Positions 33,580 to 41,177 of a stretch of DNA of 64,000 nucleotides are shown here, one piece after another (position 1 is the first letter of the stretch; the number at the start of each line of letters is the position of its first letter). The translations under genes were made by a program, and so were the position numbers. The stretch covers positions 21,293-85,292 of IMG/VR virus record IMGVR_UViG_3300045988_162524; one strand, given 5' to 3'. This stretch comes from a virus. Under the pieces are notes generated by a model. It did not search any database, had not been told where the DNA came from, and worked only from the letters and a program-made list of their open reading frames with translations.

Positions 33580-34817
33580 TATCTTTGCGTATGCAGCGAG
33601 TAGAACGATATATTATCATTGGAGACAAGAATTTGGATAGTCTTTGCTTCTTATCCAAGAACTTGTATAACTACGTGAATTATCTGATACGTCAGGAGTT
33701 TACGCAGAATGGGAAGATGTTGTCTGAATATGAAGTTACTACAAGGCTTGCTAAAGAAAAACAGGCTGACTATATCGTTCTACCGTCACAGACAAGTCAA
33801 CAGATAGTTAAGTTGCTATTCAAGAACTGGAAGTCGTTCTTCAAGCTGTGCAAGTGCAAGGACAAGTTGAAAGGAAAACCGAAACTTCCAAAGTACAAGC
33901 ATAAGACGAAAGGACGGAACATAGTCGTATTCACCTCACAACAATGCAAGTTGAAGGGCGGATACATCCACTTCCCGAAGAAAGCAAACATACAACCGTT
34001 AAGAACAAAGGTGACTAACTTGTGCCAAGTGAGGATTACACCTCAATGTAGTTGCCACATAATAGAAGTAGTATATGAAAAAGAATGTATTGAAACCATC
34101 GGACTAGAGCCGGATTCTTATTTGAGTATTGATTTAGGATTGAATAATCTTGTAACTTCATGCGATTCACTCAATCACAAGAGTTTTATCGTAAATGGCA
34201 GACCGTTGAAATCCATCAACCAATACTTTAACAAGAAAAGAGCATTACTCATGAGATATATAGGGAACAGAGGTACGAGTAATAGAATAGGTAAGCTGAC
34301 ATTAAAGAGAAATTGTAAAGTAAATGACTATATGCATAAAGCATCACGTTTTATTGTAAACTATTGTATAGAACATCATATCGGTACTATTGTAATAGGG
34401 AACAATAAAGCCTGGAAGCAAAACTGCAATATGGGAAAGAGAAACAATCAGAACTTTGTAAGCGTACCATTTGAAAAGCTTATATCCATGATACAGTATA
34501 AATCCGAAGAAGTGGGAATAAGAGTAGTCATAACAGAAGAGAGCTATACTTCTAAAGTTGACCACTATGCCGGAGAAGAGATGTGTCACCATGATAGTTA
34601 CTTGGGTAAACGAATAAAAAGAGGTCTATACCGTAGCAGTACAGGGAAAATCCTGAATGCTGACCTTAACGGAGCGATAGGAATTTTAAGAAAAGTATCT
34701 CACGAAAGCTATATGCAAGTAGTGAGTAGAGGTGGAGTGGAGACACCATCGAGAATACACCTAGTGTAGACTCGTAAATAAATACCATAATACACGTAAC
34801 GAAAATAAAGATTTAAT
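33580..34817 (+). mobile_element. TnpB-only IS200/IS605-like unit 1 (no TnpA, minimal flanks)
   Basis: tnpB gene with only 23 nt upstream and 48 nt downstream of intergenic DNA. TATCTTTG box at 33580-33587. Confidence 0.4.
33591..34769 (+). CDS. tnpB: TnpB-family (IS605 OrfB-like) protein, divergent clade without zinc finger
   Basis: SIDLGLNNLVT (RuvC-I Asp), IVIGNNKAWKQ...NMGKRNNQNF, EESYTSKVD, GKRIKRGLY, NADLNGAIGILRK (RuvC-III Asp). ORF-track start 33585 is TTG; first ATG is 33591. Confidence 0.8.
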   Translation: MQRVERYIIIGDKNLDSLCFLSKNLYNYVNYLIRQEFTQNGKMLSEYEVTTRLAKEKQADYIVLPSQTSQQIVKLLFKNWKSFFKLCKCKDKLKGKPKLPKYKHKTKGRNIVVFTSQQCKLKGGYIHFPKKANIQPLRTKVTNLCQVRITPQCSCHIIEVVYEKECIETIGLEPDSYLSIDLGLNNLVTSCDSLNHKSFIVNGRPLKSINQYFNKKRALLMRYIGNRGTSNRIGKLTLKRNCKVNDYMHKASRFIVNYCIEHHIGTIVIGNNKAWKQNCNMGKRNNQNFVSVPFEKLISMIQYKSEEVGIRVVITEESYTSKVDHYAGEEMCHHDSYLGKRIKRGLYRSSTGKILNADLNGAIGILRKVSHESYMQVVSRGGVETPSRIHLV

Positions 34818-35225
34818 ATGGGAAAGTATTTTAGCATTGAAGAATTATGTCGGTCAAATACAGCCGATGCAAAAGGAATAGATAATACTCCTAATAATGC
34901 TCAAAAAGAAAGGTTAAAGGATTTAATAGAAAATGTATTAGACCCTTTAAGAGAGGCATACGGAAAACCTATTGTGGTTAACAGTGGTTTTCGCTGTCAA
35001 GAACTAAATAAAGCTGTAAGGGGAGCTTTATCAAGTGAACATCTCTGTACAAGAAGTGCTGCTGCTGACATTACAGGTGGAAGTAAAGAAGAAAATAAAA
35101 AACTATTTGAATTAGCACAACAATTAAAACTTCCATTCCGACAACTAATAGACGAAAAGGATTTTAGTTGGGTGCATATTTCTTATAATAAAAATGATAT
35201 AAAGCGGCAAGTATTGAAACTTTAG
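34818..35225 (+). CDS. endolysin, peptidase M15 (VanY / L-alanyl-D-glutamate peptidase-like)
   Basis: NSGFRCQELN...SSEHL...AADI...WVHISY (His/Asp/His zinc ligand pattern). Confidence 0.7.
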   Translation: MGKYFSIEELCRSNTADAKGIDNTPNNAQKERLKDLIENVLDPLREAYGKPIVVNSGFRCQELNKAVRGALSSEHLCTRSAAADITGGSKEENKKLFELAQQLKLPFRQLIDEKDFSWVHISYNKNDIKRQVLKL

Positions 35226-35230
35226 AGAAG

Positions 35231-35248
35231 AGGGGCTATTTAGCCCCT
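35231..35248. terminator. bidirectional hairpin between convergent genes
   Basis: AGGGGCTA / TAGCCCCT stem between the endolysin (+) and 35236..35421 (-). Confidence 0.5.
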
Positions 35249-35421
35249 TCGCTTTTTAGTGATTGCAACTCCATAATTTCATTTGTAAGTTGAAATCTTA
35301 ATTTCTCAAAATCACAATGAGGTAAATCTCTCACTAAATCATTGATTGCCTCATTAATCATGTAATTCTTACGTATGATTGCCAATTTGACAGCATCATA
35401 TTTTACTCTTTTTGTTTTCAT
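35236..35421 (-). CDS. hypothetical protein (61 aa)
   Basis: ORF track. Confidence 0.45.
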   Translation of the reverse strand: MKTKRVKYDAVKLAIIRKNYMINEAINDLVRDLPHCDFEKLRFQLTNEIMELQSLKSEGAK

Positions 35422-35427
35422 AGGCTA

Positions 35428-35589
35428 TCATTTTTCAGACTTCAAAAGTTGCTCTATTTTCTCTTCTGTAAATCCAAATTGCTTAGCAAATTTCATAAAA
35501 GACTTCTTTTGCTTTTCGGGAATAAGTGCAAACATAGAGTTGATAGGTTTATCACTCTGTAATGCTTTCTTGAAATCTTTGTTTTTCAT
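35428..35589 (-). CDS. small protein (53 aa)
   Basis: Own translation MKNKDFKKALQSDKPINSMFALIPEKQKKSFMKFAKQFGFTEEKIEQLLKSEK. Confidence 0.4.
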   Translation of the reverse strand: MKNKDFKKALQSDKPINSMFALIPEKQKKSFMKFAKQFGFTEEKIEQLLKSEK

Positions 35590-35593
35590 ATTA

Positions 35594-36007
35594 TCATTTC
35601 TTTATTCTACAACAATCACATAAATATTTCTTTGCCGAATCCCATGTCTTATCTATGATATAATCACCTAAATATTGTATTTCCTCACCATGAGGGCTTA
35701 TATCATAAGTAAGGCATATATGGTCTGCTAAGTGTCCTGATTCATGAGACCAAGTTTTTTCAAACTCTTTTGCACTGCTCGTTCTACCTATAACAATTAC
35801 ACTTTTATGCGCTAAGTGATTAGAAAATGTAAGTCCGTTATTATATCCACATGTAGTTAGATTTTTATAAGCTCTTTTAAGAGACTCTTCTCCACATTCG
35901 ATATATTCTAATTCCTCTATTACATCTTCAAAATATTTGCAAGTATAATCATAAAAGATAGTGACAGTCCAATCGTATTTAGATAAATATATTGTTTTTA
36001 TTTCCAT
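35594..36007 (-). CDS. putative zinc metallopeptidase (HExxH)
   Basis: WSHESGHLADH contains HExxH; 137 aa; first gene of a 3-gene minus-strand cassette. Confidence 0.45.
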   Translation of the reverse strand: MEIKTIYLSKYDWTVTIFYDYTCKYFEDVIEELEYIECGEESLKRAYKNLTTCGYNNGLTFSNHLAHKSVIVIGRTSSAKEFEKTWSHESGHLADHICLTYDISPHGEEIQYLGDYIIDKTWDSAKKYLCDCCRIKK

Positions 36008-36034
36008 AAATATTTGAATTTAAAAAGTTATTTG

Positions 36035-36042
36035 TATCTTTG
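36035..36042 (+). promoter_or_regulatory. -7 promoter box (TATCTTTG)
   Basis: TATCTTTGCATTG, similar to the boxes at 52766 and 57628. Confidence 0.5.
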
Positions 36043-36146
36043 CATTGTTGTCAGCATCTCAATTAAAGACATCACCCTCTAAAACATGACGCCTGTCTAT
36101 TTGTGAGTTGAGATGCACATTTAGGCGGGCGTCTCCCTTTTATAAC

Positions 36147-36911
36147 ATGAAGAAATTAACAACTGATGAATTTATCTCAAAAGCCATTTCAGTTCATGGT
36201 GACGAGTATGATTATTCTAAAACTGTTTATATAAACAAAAGAACTAAAGTAATAATAACTTGCAAAAAGCATGGCGATTATTATCAGTATCCTTTAGACC
36301 ATCTAAAGGGTCACAAATGCAAACTATGTGCTAATGACTACAATAAATCAAGGATTAAAAATGTAGCCATTAATGACCTTGATTTAGCTCATGGTACAGA
36401 TTGCTATTCTCATTGGATTCAGATTATTAGAAGGATTTACGATGAAAAATGGAAAACAAAAAATCAATCTTATATAGATTGTACAGTTTGTGAAGAATGG
36501 CTTTATTTATCTAACTTCAAGAAGTGGTTTGACGACCCTATCAATGGCTATAAAGAAGGATACGAAATAGACAAAGACATTCTTATCAAAGGGAATAAAA
36601 TGTATTCACCCGATACTTGCTGTTTTGTACCACAAGAAATAAACAAACTCTTATTGTTGAATAAACATAAGAGAAGTAGTACTCCAATTGGAGTAAATCT
36701 TAAAAACAATAAATACGTTGCTCGTTTATCTAAAAGGAGAAAGAGGGTATTTATAGGTTCTTATGATGATAAGGAAGAAGCTTTTAATGCCTATAAAACA
36801 GCTAAAGAACAATATGTCAAAGAACTAGCGGACAAATATTACAAAGAAGGAAAAATTACTAAAAAAGTATATGATGCCTTAATGAAATATGAAGTCGAAA
36901 TAACAGATTAG
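36147..36911 (+). CDS. HNH-like homing endonuclease with N-terminal Zn-ribbon module and C-terminal AP2 domain
   Basis: VHGDEYDYSKTVYINKRTKVIITCKKHGDY..C..C; EIDKDILIKGNKMYSPDTCCFVPQEIN; IGVNLKNNKYVARLSKRRKRVFIGSYDDKEEAFNAYK. ORF-track start 36108 is TTG; first ATG is 36147. Confidence 0.65.
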   Translation: MKKLTTDEFISKAISVHGDEYDYSKTVYINKRTKVIITCKKHGDYYQYPLDHLKGHKCKLCANDYNKSRIKNVAINDLDLAHGTDCYSHWIQIIRRIYDEKWKTKNQSYIDCTVCEEWLYLSNFKKWFDDPINGYKEGYEIDKDILIKGNKMYSPDTCCFVPQEINKLLLLNKHKRSSTPIGVNLKNNKYVARLSKRRKRVFIGSYDDKEEAFNAYKTAKEQYVKELADKYYKEGKITKKVYDALMKYEVEITD

Positions 36912-37324
36912 AGACATTCTTTCCAAGGAATTACTGTCCCATTACCAGAGCATATAGAAAAGAAATATCTAAATGGTTTTTCTGAACCTACATTTGCATC
37001 TTTATCATCTAAATAGTCTTTGATAGATAAAGCTAAATGTTGTTCATCTGATATTCCACTTCCCCAATAATCGCTTTTTAACATATTACAGACATACCAA
37101 CTGTTTGCACCGTTGTCAAGCTCCAAGGTAATGCCATAACGTGTAAGCAATTCTTTTACTTTTTCACGTGGGACTGGCGTATATGGATTACCATCTTTAT
37201 CTTTCATCTTGGATATTGCAAACTCGGCCATTTTATCGCTGAAATTGAATCCGTTGAATTGAAGATATTTTCTCATATCCTCCGGTATATTATCATACAA
37301 ATCAAAACTTGCTCCTTTATACAT
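36908..37324 (-). CDS. hypothetical protein (138 aa)
   Basis: ORF track; last gene of the 36908-39723 operon. Confidence 0.55.
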   Translation of the reverse strand: MYKGASFDLYDNIPEDMRKYLQFNGFNFSDKMAEFAISKMKDKDGNPYTPVPREKVKELLTRYGITLELDNGANSWYVCNMLKSDYWGSGISDEQHLALSIKDYLDDKDANVGSEKPFRYFFSICSGNGTVIPWKECL

Positions 37325-37338
37325 AATTAAAAAGTTTG

Positions 37339-37365
37339 TAGGGCACTAAAAATTATAGTGCCCTA
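37339..37365 (-). terminator. hairpin (terminator/attenuator) inside the orphan late operon
   Basis: TAGGGCACT 37339-37347 pairs with AGTGCCCTA 37357-37365 (9 bp). Confidence 0.45.
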
Positions 37366-37372
37366 ATTAATA

Positions 37373-37639
37373 CTAGCGTCTGCGTGAACGTGAGCGTCTG
37401 CCCCGTCTTTCTCCCATCATTTCTTCATCATCGTATTCATCGTATCTATTCCCGTAAGAACCACCACGACTACCACCACCATAAGAAACGCCTTGTCCGC
37501 TACGTTCTCCCATTGATTCCATTTCGTCCCAAAGGGTTTCGAAATCTTCTTTTAGGCATTCAAGACTCTCTTTGAAGTCCTTAAAGGCTTTTCCTAATCC
37601 ACCTTTTCTTTCGCCTTCCATTATTTCAATCATTCCCAT
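37373..37639 (-). CDS. low-complexity protein (88 aa): acidic core, SYGGG/RGG repeats, poly-Arg tail
   Basis: ...GERSGQGVSYGGGSRGGSYGNRYDEYDDEEMMGERRGRRSRSRRR. Confidence 0.55.
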   Translation of the reverse strand: MGMIEIMEGERKGGLGKAFKDFKESLECLKEDFETLWDEMESMGERSGQGVSYGGGSRGGSYGNRYDEYDDEEMMGERRGRRSRSRRR

Positions 37640-37646
37640 AATATTA

Positions 37647-38177
37647 TTATTTAGAATTTGTTGTTTTGGGTTTATTAGATGTATTCATTTCCATCAAAAG
37701 AGATTTTATATCTCCCAATCCATCTTTTACGGATTTAACCTCCTGTTCCAATGAATTAATCCTATCTTCTTGTTGCTTCTCTTTAGCAAATTGAGGATTT
37801 AGTTCTTTTAAAATACTATCACAAGATTCTATAACAGATTTATGATATGGAACGCTTTCTACAATTTGCTTACTAGTTTGCATCATTGCTTCAACTTCCG
37901 AAATGATAGCCTCTTTCTTTTCGGAAACAATCACATTTGGATAAGCAAACATTTCACCATTTGCTGGTAATTTTTGAAAGTCTAAAACTTCCTCGCCACA
38001 TCTTACCTTAATGTCAATAAGCATTTCTGGTTGAGGACTATAAGGTACTGACGGATTATAAGTAGGATATTTAGGGACAGGTGAACTTACAGATTCAATC
38101 TGTCCTATCTTAACTGTTGGTCTTTCTCCTTTAGAAAGAACATATATAAAACCACCTTGTCTACTTGATGAAAACAT
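37647..38177 (-). CDS. hypothetical protein (176 aa)
   Basis: ORF track; C-terminal coiled coil. Confidence 0.55.
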   Translation of the reverse strand: MFSSSRQGGFIYVLSKGERPTVKIGQIESVSSPVPKYPTYNPSVPYSPQPEMLIDIKVRCGEEVLDFQKLPANGEMFAYPNVIVSEKKEAIISEVEAMMQTSKQIVESVPYHKSVIESCDSILKELNPQFAKEKQQEDRINSLEQEVKSVKDGLGDIKSLLMEMNTSNKPKTTNSK

Positions 38178-38233
38178 ATAATAAACTTTTTAATTTGTTT
38201 TACATAGACGGGATTTTACCCCCGTCTATAGAT

Positions 38234-38722
38234 TCACTTACTTGTTACTGATATAGGTGCAGGGGTTGTTCCACCTGTCTGAAAATTGACAAAACGTATA
38301 ATCCCTTCTCTTTTATTGATAAAAGCAAATACTTCTTTTGAGTTTGTTATATCAGAACCAATAACATTTGAGCTGTTATGGTCTATAACATTTACCTTAC
38401 TTTCACCATTATTAGAAGAAGAACTTCCTACATTTGTACTATTATTGGACGTTGGAATAGCAATCGTTACAGGCAGTGCTTCACCACCTGTTGGAACTGC
38501 TTGGTTAACTTGCACAGTTACATAACATTCACAAGGAAGCTGATTATACAGACATTTATCAATCCCATAGTCTACACTCGTCTCTGATAAGGCTACGTTT
38601 GTTGTCGGCAACTCAAATATACAAAGTTGTTTCAAACAAGAACGTTGTCTTGTCGGAATAGCTGAACCGAGACCACCCGTCCACCAATATGGACTAAAAG
38701 GATTTAAAGGATTACCATACAT
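38234..38722 (-). CDS. hypothetical protein (162 aa; start trimmed to ATG 38722)
   Basis: ORF-track start 38743 is TTG. ATG at 38722 is preceded by AAGGAGG. Confidence 0.55.
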   Translation of the reverse strand: MYGNPLNPFSPYWWTGGLGSAIPTRQRSCLKQLCIFELPTTNVALSETSVDYGIDKCLYNQLPCECYVTVQVNQAVPTGGEALPVTIAIPTSNNSTNVGSSSSNNGESKVNVIDHNSSNVIGSDITNSKEVFAFINKREGIIRFVNFQTGGTTPAPISVTSK

Positions 38723-38736
38723 AGATACCTCCTTTC

Positions 38737-39723
38737 TTAGCAACCACAGTTACTATAAGGTGTCGCATTCACATTTACAGGCACGCTATAATTAACTGGA
38801 ATCATACTACCCATCGCCGGAATGTAAGGAATTGTTACCGTTTCCGGTTGACGGCATTCAATTTTAGCCAATCGAGCACTTAAATCACTAAGAGCAGCAT
38901 TTACAGGCGCAATAGTTTGAGCTTGGAAAGCTTGAATATTTCTTGTCTGTGCATCGTTAGAAATTTGAGCAAGCAAAGTACTCTTATCTTCACGAAGCTT
39001 GTCAATTTTATCAAGCAAATTCTGATTCTGCATAGCATCCAATTTAGACAAGATAGCTTGCGTATTAGCAGTTGCTCCATCACGTAAAGCCAAAGTGTTC
39101 TGATTTGCAGTGTTAACCAATGTATTGGTCTGATTGCAAATAGACAACTGATTTTCATAACCTTGCGTAGTAATAGCATTCTGTGTCTTGCAGCAACAAT
39201 CTGCAATAGCCTGTGCAATCTGACAATTTCCAGATTGAATGCTATTGATAATTTGTTGGCTTGACATACCCACTTGATTACCAACACCTTGAATTTGTGT
39301 CATAACGCCATTAATAGACTGTTGAATTTGTCCAACCGAACAATTCAAATTGGTAGCTAAAGTGTTAATAGCCTGACCATTTCCTTGAATAGCACTCATT
39401 AGTAATTCCCTTCCTGCATCATTGTTAATCAAATTTGGAATACCAGCGACACCATATCCGCCACCATTTCCACCATCGTTACAACCATTATTACCCCAAC
39501 CATTACGACCGAAAAGAGGGAAAAGGAAGAACAAGAAGATAATCCATAAGAACCATGAGCCATCTCCACCAAAACCGTTTCCATTTCCTTTGCTATTCAA
39601 AGCCATTAACAAGTTAGGATCAATACCCTTCTGTTGCAAAAGTGGAGCAAGCATAGCCATCATTCCACTTCCGCTTCCACTCCCTGCATCAGGTGTGTAA
39701 ACCACTGTTCGATTTTCTGACAT
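38737..39723 (-). CDS. membrane-anchored Gly/Asn/Gln/Cys-rich protein (328 aa)
   Basis: TM WFLWIIFLFFLFPLF; G/N-rich linker; Q/N-rich repeats with CCC and paired Cys; C-terminal ..SNCGC. Confidence 0.6.
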   Translation of the reverse strand: MSENRTVVYTPDAGSGSGSGMMAMLAPLLQQKGIDPNLLMALNSKGNGNGFGGDGSWFLWIIFLFFLFPLFGRNGWGNNGCNDGGNGGGYGVAGIPNLINNDAGRELLMSAIQGNGQAINTLATNLNCSVGQIQQSINGVMTQIQGVGNQVGMSSQQIINSIQSGNCQIAQAIADCCCKTQNAITTQGYENQLSICNQTNTLVNTANQNTLALRDGATANTQAILSKLDAMQNQNLLDKIDKLREDKSTLLAQISNDAQTRNIQAFQAQTIAPVNAALSDLSARLAKIECRQPETVTIPYIPAMGSMIPVNYSVPVNVNATPYSNCGC

Positions 39724-39861
39724 AAATATTACTTTTTAATAGTTATAGATTCCACCATTAGAATCACGGAATTAATCTATAAACTATCTACAAGATATAC
39801 TATACAGTATTTTAGTGCTTGTATTATGTTATTTATCAACGTATTATTAAATATTACCGAA

Positions 39862-39916
39862 TATATTTGGATAATAGTGTACTAATTAGTACATTTGTGT
39901 CCATAATAGTACACTA
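39862..39916 (+). promoter_or_regulatory. two -7 boxes interleaved with palindromic operator-like sites
   Basis: TATATTTG 39862-39869; TACATTTG 39890-39897; palindrome GTACTAATTAGTAC 39879-39892. Inverted repeat TAGTGTACTA 39875-39884 / TAGTACACTA 39907-39916. Confidence 0.55.
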
Positions 39917-40266
39917 TGAAATTAGACATTGATGTAGAAAATAAAATAGAAGAGATTGAGAAAATCATCTGTTCACATTTTGGAGTAACAGGACAACAGA
40001 TTATAAATAAAGAAAGAACAGAAGATGTAATATCAGCTAGAGCTTTTCTTTTTTATATATTACATTATAAGTTGGAAATGTCTCCACTAACAATCAGTAA
40101 AATATATCCTCGACAACCTAGAGGAATAAAGAAGTTGTGTGCTAAAATAAAGAATGGATTGAAATTTCACAAGGTATATACTTCTATTTATGAAGATTTA
40201 CTGAAAAAAATAGAACCAATTCTACCAAAAGACTTAGATAAGTTTTGGAATAGAGAAAATTTGTAG
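39916..40266 (+). CDS. DnaA C-terminal-domain-like HTH protein (116 aa)
   Basis: FGVTGQQIINKERTEDVISARAFLFYILHYKLEMSPLTISKIY resembles DnaA domain IV. Confidence 0.45.
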   Translation: MKLDIDVENKIEEIEKIICSHFGVTGQQIINKERTEDVISARAFLFYILHYKLEMSPLTISKIYPRQPRGIKKLCAKIKNGLKFHKVYTSIYEDLLKKIEPILPKDLDKFWNRENL

Positions 40267-40274
40267 TATATTTG
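40267..40274 (+). promoter_or_regulatory. -7 promoter box (TATATTTG)
   Basis: Immediately after the stop of 39916..40266; followed by the structured leader. Confidence 0.5.
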
Positions 40275-40376
40275 CAGCGTCAACCACAACTGACAAGAAG
40301 AAATTGCTAATTTATTAGCGGAGTGTTCCGGAAAGATGTGTTGTGGCTCTTTTCGGAACATTCTTTTTATACTATT

Positions 40377-41150
40377 ATGAACAATATCATCTTATCAAAA
40401 GAAAGTTCTAATGAGGAATTGAAAACGTACTTTAATGCAGTACTTGAATTATCTCAATCTAACAATGAGTTTCCCGTCAATCTTGATGATGTTTGGATGC
40501 TTGTTTATGGAAGGAAACAAGAAGCTGTAAGAGCATTAACATCAAATGACCAATTCATAGAAGGAGTTGATTATCAGTCGGTGCGCAAAGATGCGCAGCA
40601 AGATTTAGAAAATTCATGGGGTGGGAATAACAAGGTAGATTACAAATTATCCGTTTCTTGTTTAGAGTTCTTTATAGCTCGTAAAGTAAGACCTGTATTT
40701 GAAGTATATCGACAAGTATTTCATAAGGCTATAAACAATCTGGTTTTGCCGAAAACATTTGCCGAAGCTCTAAGATTAGCTGCTGAACAAGCAGAACAAT
40801 TGGAAAAACAGCAAGCTCGTATTGAAGAAATGAAACCAAAAGAAGAGTTCTTTGACCAAGTAACTGATAGTAAAGACGCCTGTGATATGGCTACTGTGGC
40901 AAAAGTTCTTAATATGGGGATTGGAAGAAATAAAATTTTTGAAATTTTAAGAGATAATAAAATTCTTCAAGGGAATAATCAGCCGATGCAGCGTTATGTA
41001 GATTCATGTTGGTTTAGAGTTATAGAAACTCAATTTACCAAACCTAATGGAGATATATGTATAAACTTTAAGACTATTGTATATCAAAAAGGAATAGAAG
41101 GCATACGAAAATTACTAACATCATTGGGATATAAGAAAGCCGGAAATTAA
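40377..41150 (+). CDS. phage antirepressor-like protein with KilA-C domain
   Basis: N-terminal ..NNEFPVNLDDVWMLVY; C-terminal VAKVLNMGIGRNKIFEILRDNKILQGNNQPMQRYVDSCWFRVIE. ORF-track start 40323 is GTG; first ATG is 40377. Confidence 0.6.
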   Translation: MNNIILSKESSNEELKTYFNAVLELSQSNNEFPVNLDDVWMLVYGRKQEAVRALTSNDQFIEGVDYQSVRKDAQQDLENSWGGNNKVDYKLSVSCLEFFIARKVRPVFEVYRQVFHKAINNLVLPKTFAEALRLAAEQAEQLEKQQARIEEMKPKEEFFDQVTDSKDACDMATVAKVLNMGIGRNKIFEILRDNKILQGNNQPMQRYVDSCWFRVIETQFTKPNGDICINFKTIVYQKGIEGIRKLLTSLGYKKAGN

Positions 41151-41157
41151 TCCGGCT
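41138..41157. terminator. bidirectional hairpin between convergent genes
   Basis: AGCCGGA 41138-41144 pairs with TCCGGCT 41151-41157. Confidence 0.5.
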
Positions 41158-41177
41158 ACTCTTTCCTGAAAACAATA

